NCBI RefSeq assembly: GCF_001194135.2
Contig: NC_068982.1
Coordinates: forward strand, 42,636,549-42,700,548
Direction: 5' to 3'
DNA length: 64,000 bases
Source: Octopus bimaculoides
Lineage: Eukaryota
Position numbers and translations under genes: made by a program
The notes under the pieces: generated by a model
Databases searched by the model: none
Seen by the model: the letters and a program-made list of their open reading frames with translations, nothing else
Told to the model about the DNA's origin: nothing
Shown here: in pieces, positions 41,505-53,795 of the stretch
Numbering within the stretch: the first letter of the stretch is position 1
Layout of the letters: every line of letters begins with the position of its first letter

Positions 41505-41942
41505 TGTGCGCGTGTACGTGTGATTATGTGTGTGTGTGTGCGTGTGTGCTTTGTAATGTTTTAGTAATTTTGTATATTTCGCTTTTGTTTGGTTTATTTA
41601 GGCTCCCTTGTGGTTTGGTAGTTTAAGTAATTTAAAACTGCAGCAAATTTTGACCTACCATTTCTCACACTCATCAAAAGTACGACTATGCATGTATGTA
41701 CGTTTGTATATTTGTATGTATGTATGTATGCATGTATGTATATATGTATTTACATACATACGTACGTACGTACGTATGTATGTACTCACGCATGTATGCG
41801 AGTGTACTATGTCGATTAGATATACTGCGTGTGTATTTATTTACATAGATACATCTATAAATGCATGGATATGTATAAACAAGTATGTACGTATTTATGT
41901 ATGTATGTAAATATATATATAGATAGATATGTGTGCATATAT

Positions 41943-41995
<53 letters not shown>

Positions 41996-42644
41996 TATAT
42001 AACTCAATATGTTCGCGTGGGGGTGGGGTACGTGTGTGCTCGTAAATGTACTTATTTATATAAAAGTATGAACATATGATAATGACGATGATGAAGATGT
42101 GAATAAGGATGACGCAGTAACACACGCACACACACACACACACATACACACATTCTCACTCACATACACACATACACACACTCACACCAAATATATTTAT
42201 CCTAACCAAACAGATTATGGTGATGACATTAATAAAGTGTTCACAAGCCACATCTCACGATGTTTTACTAAGAAAGTGCAAACACAACCAAAATAATATG
42301 AAAGATGGAGAAGAAAGACATATCAAAAGAAAAATTGATAAAGACATAGGAATACAGAGGAACACAAGATATATTGATAATGAGTAAGCATAACCACTCC
42401 CAAATGATAATGCTCCCAAATGTAGACAATGTGGGAGCCGCTACTAATAGAAATAACAGTCGAATCTCACTTCAAATCCCTATAAAATTAGAAACTGATA
42501 TCTCAAAATATGTTGTGTCTGAAATATGCAATGTTCGATTGACCAGCAGGACGGTCATGATTGAGTCGCATTTGATCGTAGGTCAACTGAATCTGGGTTG
42601 ACCTAGTGTAAAGCAAAGGAGCTACAATACTGCGAGACACCGAT

Positions 42645-42702
<58 letters not shown>

Positions 42703-42733
42703 GGATAGATAGATAGATAGATAGATAGATAGA
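42645..42733. repeat. (GATA)n microsatellite
   Basis: Seen directly in the sequence. Confidence 0.95.
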
Positions 42734-43229
42734 CTAAACAGAAAAAAGGGGAATAAAATGCCAAAAAAAAACAGGGAAACAATAAATATAGAGAAATAGG
42801 GAACCAATCCCCTCTATTACGCCATCAACTCAACACCACACATAAAGTTGATATCTGTGAAATCAAAAGAAACTGTCTAATAACAATAACAAACACGACG
42901 ATATTAATGAAAATAACTACAAAGTAAGAGACAGAATCTCAGTTCTTAGTTGATGGATGTATCAAGTTACTGGGAAGAAATTATAAAGAAATTGGGATAA
43001 CGACATTAACCCTTTTCGCATCATATTTTAATCACTTGAAGTGGTGGGAAAAGCATAAGGGTTTCTCCACACTAACATGAACATTTCTAATAAAGAAATT
43101 TTAAATTATGAATATATGTAGTTTGATTGGTAGAAATGTATATTGGATATATATAGTGTCTCCCAAAATATGTATACACATTTTAACAGCTGATAACTCA
43201 GTAAATTAACATTTTTTTTTATCCCGTTA

Positions 43230-43760
43230 GGAACAATAGAGGGAGCCAGGCAAAGCTTTGGACATAGAAAAAATTATCCTCAACTGCTACTGGAAGTTTG
43301 AAAGTTAAAGTGAAGAGACAGCTTAGCGGCGGAAGTTCCAAACTGATCCACCCACGTGACTTGCAATCCCTCAGATTAGAGATAAGTTTGAAGATGACAT
43401 AACTGTTCAGAATGTCCACAAGAATTGTTCCGAAAGACGGCGGACATCTATGACCCCGACAAAACAAGAAGGACACAAGAACCTATTGTCAGATTTGAAA
43501 ACAATGTGAGCGATAAACGAGTTGGGAAGTAAGAATTTCAAAATCAAACACCAGCGCATTTTCGAAACACTGACATCGGAAAAGTGCATTCCAAGAAAAG
43601 TCTCTGCTCTCAGTTAAGATGATACAGACCAGAAAGTGGAGTTGTACAAGTGCCACTTGGCAAGATGTGTAGAAGATGCACTCCTTTCAACAAAGAGTGA
43701 TGAGGATACATTCAGAAGGTTTGTTGGAAAGTACTGTTGCAAAGCCGTATTATTGCTATA
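43230..43760 (+). mobile_element. Decayed RTE (BovB-like) RT C-terminal region
   Basis: DLQSLRLEISLKMT resembles DLQ..GLxISLKKT; EVRISKSNTSAF; [18 protein letters not shown] resembles ETW..KLxxFxQRxLRxI. Confidence 0.5.
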
Positions 43761-45064
43761 TGTATGAGAATACCCACCACACAAACACAGAGACACACAC
43801 ACGCACATACACACACGCACACGCACGCACACACACACAGACACGCACGCGCAGGCGCACGCACACACACACACACACACACACACAAATACACACACGC
43901 ACACGCGTGCGCGCGCAACACGGGGTTTCGAAACGATTCAATTAAATTGAACAGGATGTCGTTAAGAAAGTAGTGAAGCTATTTCTGGTCTTGATGCCGG
44001 AAGAATCTTGAATATGTTATAAAGAAGATTAACCTAGAAGTATATATAAATGTATAAGAATTTTTTTAAACATGCTTGTTGGGTATGCCACAATCCCGCG
44101 AGTTTTGAACATGAGGTGTTATCTGTCACTAGAGAATTTATGTAATATGTTAANNNNNNNNNNNNNNNNNNNNNNNNNNNNNNNNNNNNATACACACACG
44201 CACACGCGTGCGCGCGCAACACGGGGTTTCGAAACGATTCAATTAAATTGAACAGGATGTCGTTAAGAAAGTAGTGAAGCTATTTCTGGTCTTGATGCCG
44301 GAAGAATCTTGAATATGTTATAAAGAAGATTAACCTAGAAGTATATATAAATGTATATATACACACACACAAACATATATATATATATATTTATATAACA
44401 TACAAATTTTGTATATGAAATACATATTTTGTATATTTTCATGTCTTGCTCTGGGGTTGCTGAAATTTTCTTGAGAATACACACTTCATGGTAAGGCGGT
44501 TTGGCGTCAATTTTTAGCATATTAGGAATCCACTTTAGTGGTCATTCCTCCTATATTTTGTATGTAATAAAATTATTAATCTTCGAATTTTTTAAATATG
44601 ATAAGCGACTGGTTTAAATTGATGTTAATTGATTAATATCAATTTCTACCCTCATTATTTAAGTTCTATACATATATTTTTTCAGTTTGCCGTTTATAAT
44701 TATACCACATGTTACATATTTACTTTATCATACTTGATACTGTGTGGACTAAGATCCCCGTTGACAGGCCGCTGGCATTCATAGAGTGTTAAACACTTTT
44801 GGTATGCAAATTAGGGACTCCTGCATAGAGTAACTGCTACATTTGTTGAGTATATAAATAGATTGACTGCTATTGAATCTGTCGGAATTATGTATAAGCC
44901 TCTGAATAGAACCCAATAAAGTTCGGAAATCGATTACTATTGTTCATCATGTTTTTTCAGTCTGCGGAGAAATGGCTAAAATTTCCCCTGTTTATAATTA
45001 TACCATATGCTATATATATATATATATACACATACATTTATGTGTGTGTGTATATATATATATA

Positions 45065-45205
45065 CGACTGACTTCTTTCAGTTGCCGCCTACCAAAACCA
45101 TTCGAAAGGCTGTGGTCGGCCCCAGCCTATAGTAGGAGACACTTGCCCATGGTGCCACGCAGTAGGGCTGAACCTGGAACCATGTGTTGTGAAGCAAGCT
45201 TCTTA
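45065..45205 (-). mobile_element. SINE family B 5' fragment
   Basis: GACTTCTTTCAGTTGCCGCCTACCAAA..GACACTTGCCCATGGTGCCACGCAG..GAACCTGGAACCATG. Confidence 0.8.
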
Positions 45206-46039
45206 ACACACATCTCTCTCTCTATATATATTAACTATACAATATTTTTTACGAAACGGGAACATTCTTTCGTAATGTTTGACTTTATCCTTATGTATTT
45301 CAAATATATATCTTATATTTATTGCTTTGTATTATTATCTCCATTATTAAAGTGTTATATTATCAGAATCATTAGAACGACGGACATAATATTTAGTGTC
45401 ATTTCTTCCGGCGGTTTACATTCAGAATTTTAATTCTACTGAGGTCTCTTTTGTCTTTCATCGTTTTGGGGTGCGATAGAATAAATGTCAGTTGAATACT
45501 GGTTTCGATGTAATCGACTAAGTCATTCTCACTAAAATTATTAAGTTTAATATTCATGAATTTCGTATTTTATTATATTTCAAATTTTAGAACCCTAAAA
45601 CAGTAATAATCAACGAGCTGCATGCAGCTCGTGGCACTTTCTGAATGGCCTGCCTGTTTAACGAAAAATTACCGTCAATTTAGCGAATGAGAGCCCCTTG
45701 TAAGTTAGCTAGAATGTTACTAACAAGCAGGTTCTCTACAAACCATTGTGGGCTGTTTTATAAGGGAAGGAAATGCACTCACACGACCCCTTTCTGACAT
45801 ACATACATACATACATATATATTCACACACATACACAAACATACATATGTATACACACACACACATACAAACATATATATATGTGCATATGTATATATAC
45901 ACACATATGTATACACACATGCACAAACATATATATATGTACATATGTATGTATACACGCACAAATATATACACACATATTCACACACATATATAAATAT
46001 ACTTATATATTTATATATATATATATATGTATATATATA

Positions 46040-46071
<32 letters not shown>

Positions 46072-48039
46072 NNNNNNNNNNNNNNNNNNNNNNNNNNNNN
46101 NNNNNNNNNNNNNNNNNNNNNNNNNNNNNNNNNNNNNNNNNNNNNNNNNNNNNNNNNNNNNNNNNNNNNNNNNNNNNNNNNNNNNNNNNNNNNNNNNNNN
46201 NNNNNNNNNNNNNNNNNNNNNNNNNNNNNNNNNNNNNNNNNNNNNNNNNNNNNNNNNNNNNNNNNNNNNNNNNNNNNNNNNNNNNNNNNNNNNNNNNNNN
46301 NNNNNNNNNNNNNNNNNNNNNNNNNNNNNNNNNNNNNNNNNNNNNNNNNNNNNNNNNNNNNNNNNNNNNNNNNNNNNNNNNNNNNNNNNNNNNNNNNNNN
46401 NNNNNNNNNNNNNNNNNNNNNNNNNNNNNNNNNNNNNNNNNNNNNNNNNNNNNNNNNNNNNNNNNNNNNNNNNNNNNNNNNNNNNNNNNNNNNNNNNNNN
46501 NNNNNNNNNNNNNNNNNNNNNNNNNNNNNNNNNNNNNNNNNNNNNNNNNNNNNNNNNNNNNNNNNNNNNNNNNNNNNNNNNNNNNNNNNNNNNNNNNNNN
46601 NNNNNNNNNNNNNNNNNNNNNNNNNNNNNNNNNNNNNNNTATATATATAAATGTATGCGTGTTTGTTCGTGAGAGAGTGAGTTGATATGTACATGGCGTG
46701 TTATTAAACGTTATTATTTGGGTAGCTCGGAAAGATAAAAATGATTTCGTAACTGTAAAATTAAAAGTAAGATTTCGAGCGAGAAGTCTTATCGCTATTC
46801 ATTTTTGTTTTCTACATCAGAATTTGTCCTTTGATTTATTGAAAAGTAATATTTATCTAAAACTTTTACGACATCTATGGCATAGTATTAATGTGAATAT
46901 AACTTTTGGAAGGAAATGAAACAGAATAAAAATTTAGTTAACCATTGGAAGTTTAATTCATGTTATGGAACTCATCACTTGATATTGGTAAGAGATAAAA
47001 AACTGGATGTAAAGAAATTAAAAGACGGATGCAAGGGTGTGTAGTCACCAAATTTATTTGATAGTTACAAAAAAGATGCTACTACTTTTCCGCATTTTTT
47101 CTTTCAAATAATGAGAGGTACAGCTTTTTTCGGCAATCCTAAATGTGAACAGAGCAACAAGGATCGGTAAATATGGTATCTAAGAGATGAATCGTAGTTG
47201 AAGTGATAGAAGGAGTGGTTATAAAAAGAAGTGAATTTACTGGGAGGAAGTTATATGATGCGCGAGTTCAGATGAGCAAGGTGATAAATACTTGTTTTGT
47301 GTTACTGTGGGAGGGCTTGCCAATGTGACTGTCAGATATCTTTGTATACATAAGGAAAATGCATTAACGTGGGCAAGATTGCACCTATATAATGATCACG
47401 GATGTTTCACATATGAAATATTTTCTGTTCCTGAAAAACAGAGCCAATCTTTCTAATGCAATGTTGTCAAATGTGAAATATCTTTAGTTGTGGTAATGTT
47501 ATAACTGAATATAATTTCATGGAATGATACAACAAATTAAAAGATAAGTACATTCTTTTTGCGGTTGCAAGGAAGATGCGTTTCACCACGCCGTGCAAGA
47601 AACCTTTGCCTTTGGCAGGTCCTCATTTTTTCGTCATGTTTCTCTGCCAATGAAATCAATGTTGTTGAGTGGTTTATTTTTTCTGTAGGATGTGAAAAGT
47701 CTCTAAAATATAATAACTGGTATATAATGTTCAGCACGATAGCAAAGGTCAGTAAAGCCTACTCCTCGTTGAGCAACAAAATAAAGTTAATAATAACCTT
47801 TTCTACTATAGACACAAAGTCTGAAATTTCGGGGGAGAAAGTAGTCGAAAGGATAAAAGACGAAGTCGACCATGGTCGATTTTCAACTAAGAATAGTAGA
47901 TTACGTTGAACCCAGTGCCCAACTGGTACTTATTTCATCGACATCTACAAAATGAAAGGTAAAGTCTACGAAGGAAATGTTGCGAAGCATCTTAGTTGGC
48001 GCGCTATTCTGCCAGCTCGCTGCTTTAGAATTAATAATC

Positions 48040-48215
48040 CTTTCTATGTTAGGCACAAGGCCTGAAATGTTGGGGGTAACTGGTACCAATTTCATCGACC
48101 CCGAAAAGATGAAAAGCAAAGTTGAACTCAGTGGGATTTGAACTCAGAACGTAAGGATGACCGAAATGCCACTAAGCATTTTGCCCGGCGTGCAAACGAT
48201 TCTGCTAGTTCGCTA
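48040..48215 (-). mobile_element. SINE family A
   Basis: GGCACAAGGCCTGAAATGTTGGGGG..CGACCCCGAAAAGATGAAAAGCAAAG..ATTTGAACTCAGAACGT. Confidence 0.85.
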
Positions 48216-48918
48216 CTCTTGAATTAATAATAATAACAAAGAATGAAAGTGGTCAAAATGTGAAAAGAAAAAGAAAGAAAAGAGACGTCTGCTGCTTAAA
48301 GGGAATTCTCAAATCGTTGACTTTGAGAACATGCAAAGTATACTGAAGTTTAAGTTACTAAAATATTTTGCACAGTTTAAAGTTAGAATCAAAGCTGAAA
48401 GTTTAGAGTAATATACTATCAAGTAAAACAGTCGATCTTTTAACTGTAAACACCATAAGGAAGGTAATTAACTTACGTTTCTAGACCACTTAGATATTTA
48501 CTATATTCTTTAGTTCCATGACAGACCTGATCAAACAGACTTATGATCATAAGTGATTCAAGCTTTTCAAATATCTTTGTCCTATGTATAATTCACGTTT
48601 TTTCAGGTAAGTTTGAGTGTGATTTGAGGGAGATATGGATACTATTCCTAGTAGATCAAGCGGCCATATAGAATATACTTCGATGATCTGCTACAATTCG
48701 AGGCAGTGTTTTGTACACAGTGCTTTAAGCATTGGGAATATTCTATAGAAACAGGAGACCATTATATTAATTGGGCTTATAGTAGTGCTAAAACCTCGAT
48801 TTCCCCTCTCCAATTCTCTTAGCAATAAACTACACTACTCTTTGTGTAAATGACTTTTAGATCAATTATGTTGGTATTAAGAGATATTATGCAATAAGAT
48901 TTAAACAGCTATTTTGAT

Positions 48919-48951
<33 letters not shown>

Positions 48952-48974
48952 CGTAAAATATATTTGCCAACTAA

Positions 48975-49420
48975 ATGTGGCGGTCCTATAGAGAACGGTA
49001 TCGCTGTTGTTGTGTTATTGTTGGTGTCCGGCGTGCTGGGAGTGAGATACTCCTTAGCTTTTGCTTAAGCATGCGTCTAAGAGAAGGTTACTCACATATA
49101 AAACCAGATATAAAGGGAATCGCATTGAATATTTGGGGGTTATTTTGCTTATGCATGGTGCTCCTACATTCCTGAGCTTGCGATACATACTGGCATTGGA
49201 TATCTTGTCTTGGTTTATCTCTGGATCATATCTGGAGGATGCTGAGGGTCTGCGAGGGGCTGTGCAAACCTTATTAGACCTATAATTTTCCGTTGAGCAA
49301 TATCTGGCGCGGCGACAATCTGATATTCGGTCCGAGTAAGAGTGTCTCGCGAACTTGGGCGAACTTGGGTGAAGCCGACTACTAGTACAGTAACCTCATG
49401 CACAGGTATTGCTGGCATTT
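48975..49420 (-). mobile_element. Possible decayed CR1/L2-group LINE 3' end
   Basis: Minus-strand PQIFNAIP and LDACLS..NNS resemble the terminal GPxLFNxLP..LDxxL..NS motifs of this group. Confidence 0.4.
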
Positions 49421-49424
49421 TGCC

Positions 49425-49937
49425 AAGTTCATTGTACAGAATATTCGCCACTCTCTCATGGGATATGCTAATAACATTGGCTATTTGATTTATAATCAGT
49501 CATCTGTCGTCCATCGATCGGCATGTAGCGAACACGATCAATGTTTTCCTCGGTGGTGGCAATTGTAAGACGTCCAGACATCGAATCATTTTCAAGAATC
49601 TCCCTTCATCTAAATTCAGCTGCTCACTTTTGCGCTGCTGATAAAGCTGGAGCGTCATCTCCTACTGTAGCAACCATGTCAACATAAATATCGTTGGGCG
49701 CTAAACTCTTTTTCTGCAGGTACTTGACAGCACCACGATGCCAAATTTTGTCGATTTTCTACAAAATAGTTACTAGTTACTTTTGAAGTTTTCTTTGGAG
49801 AGTCGGATATCAGTTTAACTGGAAAGAAACAATGCAATTATTAATAACAGGAGTTGAAATTAATGTATGCAAGATTTCACACCTCTAGCATCACTCCTTC
49901 ATAGTCAGCCTATGAAGTTCTAAGTCCACCCTCGTGC
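49425..49937 (-). mobile_element. Mariner 5' remnant (TIR plus HTH region)
   Basis: Minus-strand AVKYLQKKSLAPNDIYVDMVATVGDDAP..AAEF..ENDSMSGRLTIATTEENIDRV; TIR-like CACGAGGGTGGAC..TTCATAGGCTGAC. Confidence 0.8.
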
Positions 49938-49949
49938 GTATGTTTGCAT

Positions 49950-50067
49950 TATTATTTTATTTTATTTCCTGATTTCTTGCCTCTAGAGAAATAAAGCCCT
50001 TTTCTAATCTTGATCCAAGGATCCTTCAGGTAAGTTGTTGTGCATGTATGGGTGTATNNNNNNNNNN

Positions 50068-50100
<33 letters not shown>

Positions 50101-50490
50101 GTATATATGTATATATGTATGTGTATGCATAATGTAGGTATTATGTATATTTGTATGTACATGTGCATGTTTTCTTTTTTTATTTTCAATTTAGAGTTAA
50201 TCTTGACTAACTGGCTACCAGCTTGATAGCAAGATTGTGAAGGAAATCATGTTGTTTTATTCATTATTCTTTAAAACTCTAAGAATGTCTTTCACCTTTT
50301 TATTGTCCAAGATTTCTTGATAATTTTTAGTGCATGAATTAAGGAGATGCATTCGCTCCCCAAGAATCCAAGTTCAACCACACTTTGCTCCAGTTGGATT
50401 GCTACATATCCAGTTGCTCCAATAATAATAGGTATAAAACTGAACGCATATCTAGGTACTGGAATCGCAAACTCCTTATCAATGGTCTGT
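49950..50490 (-). mobile_element. R4/Dong-like LINE 3' end (ORF terminus, 3' UTR and AAAT tail)
   Basis: Minus-strand FIPIIIGATG near 50420-50450, then a UTR with (TACA)n ending GGCAAGAAATCAGGAAATAAAATAAAATAATAAT. Confidence 0.65.
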
Positions 50491-51178
50491 AGATATTCTC
50501 TTTCTCCTCTATTTTACTTACTATATTAGCGTTCAGAACATACTTTTGTCTTGTGGTCCCACAAAAAAATATCTAGTCAAATGTATATGCAATGAGGAGA
50601 GAAAGCAGCATTTGGTAATGATCAATAATTTCTGTATTTTACGGTATGTACAGAAGACAACTGCGGATAAGAAGTGGCTTATTCGGGTCTCATCAACGAA
50701 GCAATGTAGTAACGATGGTATTATTTTAGAAAATAATCGAGGTTATACGTTAGATGGCGTAGAAAAATATAATGAATAGATAGATGAAATGCTATCTCTG
50801 AAGTATTTTTAAATAACAGCGAAAATAAAAATAATTTAAATCAAAATGAATTTTATTACACACATCTCTACCACCTGTTACGTTTAAACTTAATAACACT
50901 TCATAAATCCAGTCTTGTATACAAAATAAGAAAACAGTCTGCAAAATAGATATTTTCAAAAAAAAAAAAAAAGAAAGAAAATAATTAAAGAAAAAGACCT
51001 TTAAGAATGTATAGAAAGTAGCGGGTTGTTAAAATTCTCATTAATTTTCGTTCTTAGGAAAATATAAATAAAACTTTGATATATAATATCAAGTTTGAGG
51101 ATGTTATCTTATGAATTAAACTATTATTGAATAAAGCTTCTTTTATAGAGACTTGTCATAAGTATGAAGGTGGCATCA

Positions 51179-51179
<1 letters not shown>

Positions 51180-51240
<61 letters not shown>

Positions 51241-51363
51241 GAAGAAGAGGAAGTCGATGGTGGTGATGATAATGATGATGATGAAGAGATGACGACTACG
51301 ATGGCGATGATGATGTTGATGATGATGATGAAGAGATGACGACTACGATGGCGATGATGATGT

Positions 51364-51400
<37 letters not shown>
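51180..51400. repeat. (AAT)n plus (GAT)-rich tract with an internal duplication of about 42 bp
   Basis: GATGATGAAGAGATGACGACTACGATGGCGATGATGATGTT occurs twice. Confidence 0.9.
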
Positions 51401-51885
51401 ATGGTTAAGTAGGAAGATGAGAGGATGTAGAAAAAAGAAAAGAAAGGGATGATGAAGGAACGGTAGAATAAGAAAAGAGTAGGAGGAAATGGATAATATC
51501 TACTGAAAAACCTATGCCAAGACAATTGTGAATACAAATTCTAGATTTATTAGATGGACATACCATACAAGTGTGTGTGTGTGTGTGTGTGGTGGGAGGG
51601 GTAGATGAAAAGGTCTCAGGATGAAGACCTATAGAGAGATTAGTAGCTAATGTGTGAAGGCATAAATTCAAAGATGCGCCGAGATATTTCAACTCTTAAG
51701 GATAACCCCTTTAATTGGCCACATGTCGCGTAACTAGTTTGCTATCAACGATTCTGTAACAACAATGTACCTACTCTTTGTATCTACAATTTGTGGTTGT
51801 TGCTGTTATTGTTGTTGTTGCTGTTGTTGCTCTGCTTTTCCTACATTATTTATTTCCTTCTCAACTTTTTCATCATCAGCATCAT

Positions 51886-51917
<32 letters not shown>

Positions 51918-52122
51918 GCATCATGGCAAGGCAAGCAGCACCCATGACAGCGGTAGCAACGACCTCATCACCATCTATAGCTTTCAACAGCTACTGAGCT
52001 TTCGTAAGTGGCAATCTACTGAGATTGATAGACACCCAGATGCGAAAATAAACAAATAAATGATGGTGATGATGATGATGATGAAGGCAACGACGATGAT
52101 GATGATAATGAAGATGATACTG

Positions 52123-52155
<33 letters not shown>

Positions 52156-52184
52156 TTACTACTACTACTATCTTTCCTCTTTAT

Positions 52185-52425
52185 TGGCCACAAGGGCCGA
52201 ACACAAAGCAAAACGTAACAATATTTAGGCACAAGGCCTGAAATGTTGTTGGGGTCAGGGAAGAGTCTATTGCATCAACCCCAGTGTGCAACTGGTACTT
52301 TATTTTATCGACTCCAGAAAGGATGAAAGTCAAAGTCGACCTCGGAGAGATGTGAACAAAGATCGCAATGATTAACAAAATGCCGCTAAGTATTTAGCCC
52401 GGCGTGCTAACGATTCTGCCAGCTG
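52185..52425 (-). mobile_element. SINE family A
   Basis: Reverse-complement match including CTGGTACTTTATTTTATCGACTCCAGAAAGGATGAAAG. Confidence 0.85.
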
Positions 52426-52646
52426 TGGTTTCAAATTTTGGCAGAGGGCCAACAGATTTTGAGGGTAGGAGGAAATCGATTACATGACTGGTACTTATTT
52501 TATCGAATAAATAGATTAACAACAAAAATTAGTTTTTTAATATACAAAACTATGTGTGCGTGTGTGTATGTGTGTGTGTGCACGTGCATGCGTGTGTGCA
52601 TGTACATAAGCTCGTACACGTATTTATATATATATATATATATATA

Positions 52647-52745
52647 GATTTCTTGCCTATAGAGAAATAAAGCCGGTTTCTAACCTTGATCTGAGGATCC
52701 TTCAGGTAAGTTGTTCTGCATGTATGGGTGTATAGGTGCAATATA
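52647..52745 (-). mobile_element. Second copy of the R4/Dong-like 3' tail
   Basis: About 87 bp aligning to 49971-50057 with 7 differences. Confidence 0.7.
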
Positions 52746-52815
52746 CAAATTTGATCAGTGCATGAGCAGGTGTGTTTGTTTTGTTTTACGTGTGTATGTA
52801 TGCATGTGTATGTAC

Positions 52816-52902
<87 letters not shown>

Positions 52903-52964
52903 CGCATGCGTGTATGGATAATGTATGTATGTATATATATATGTTAATATATTAACGTATGCGT

Positions 52965-53585
52965 ATGTAAGAGCGAGCTGGCAGAACCGTCAGTACGCTA
53001 AGCGATAATACTTTCCGGTATTTCGTCCTTTTTTTACGTTCTGAGTTCAAATTCCACCGTGGTATACTATGATTTTCATCCTTCCGGGTCGATAAATTAA
53101 GTAGCAGTTACGTACTGGGGTTGTTCTAATCGACTGGCCTCCTCCCCAAAATTTTCAGGCCTTGTACCTAGAGTAGAAAAAGATGTACATGCATACATAT
53201 ATTAGTTTCAAATTTTAACTCAAGGCTATCGATATAAGTGGAGAAGGAAAGTCAATTACATTGAACCGGTACTTATTCTGTCGACATCAAAAGTATGAAG
53301 AGTTAAGTGGACATCAGTGGAATATGAAATAAGAACCTAAAACACCGGAAGAAATGTTCTTAAGTATGATGTCCGACTTAGTAACGATTCTACCAGCTTG
53401 CCGTTTTAATATTTGAATTTATATTAATAGAAATGCTTAGCGGAATTTCTTCCGACTTTACAGTCTGAGTTCCAATTCACCAGAGTCGACTTTGCATTTC
53501 ATCCTTTGTGCGTGAAAATAAGTATGAGTTGTAATCGACTTAGCTCTCCGCAAAATTATTAGCCGTGTGCCTAAATTTGAAATCG
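52965..53585. mobile_element. Three SINE family A copies (+ 52965-53180, - 53200-53402, + 53430-53585)
   Basis: Head, B-box and central-domain motifs in alternating orientation. Confidence 0.8.
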
Positions 53586-53609
53586 TTATATAATTTTACA
53601 AATTCTTTT

Positions 53610-53795
53610 ATAATTAAATACATAATTATAACAAGGGGTCAGCTTTATGCTTCGCCACGTACCAATTAGAAATAGACGTTAAGCTCTTTTTTACTACCAT
53701 AAAATCTCCGAGACAAATCTCGATTTTATGGTAGTAAAAAAGACTTTAGCGTCTATTTCTAATCGGTACGTGTTATAATTATTATTTAATTATAA
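53610..53795. repeat. Palindromic MITE-like inverted repeat
   Basis: 51-bp core arms 53656-53706 and 53722-53772 with about 4 mismatches, extended by AT-rich outer arms. Confidence 0.75.

Noticed and set aside
43620-43770. Apparent decayed C2H2 zinc finger (YKCHL..MRIHS..KPYYC)
   Set aside because: It needs several frameshifts and lacks the second Cys and first His. The surrounding 500 bp fit an RTE RT C-terminus better.
43889-44357. Exact 168-bp tandem duplication (43889-44056 and 44190-44357)
   Set aside because: The copies are identical and sit either side of a 36-N gap, so this is most likely overlapping contig ends, an assembly artefact.
49987-52705. Mutually exclusive duplicated exons of a host gene
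   Set aside because: The first copy is contiguous with an R4/Dong-like 3' end on the opposite strand, and the intron-side flanks are more conserved than the exon. Kept only as an exonisation hypothesis.
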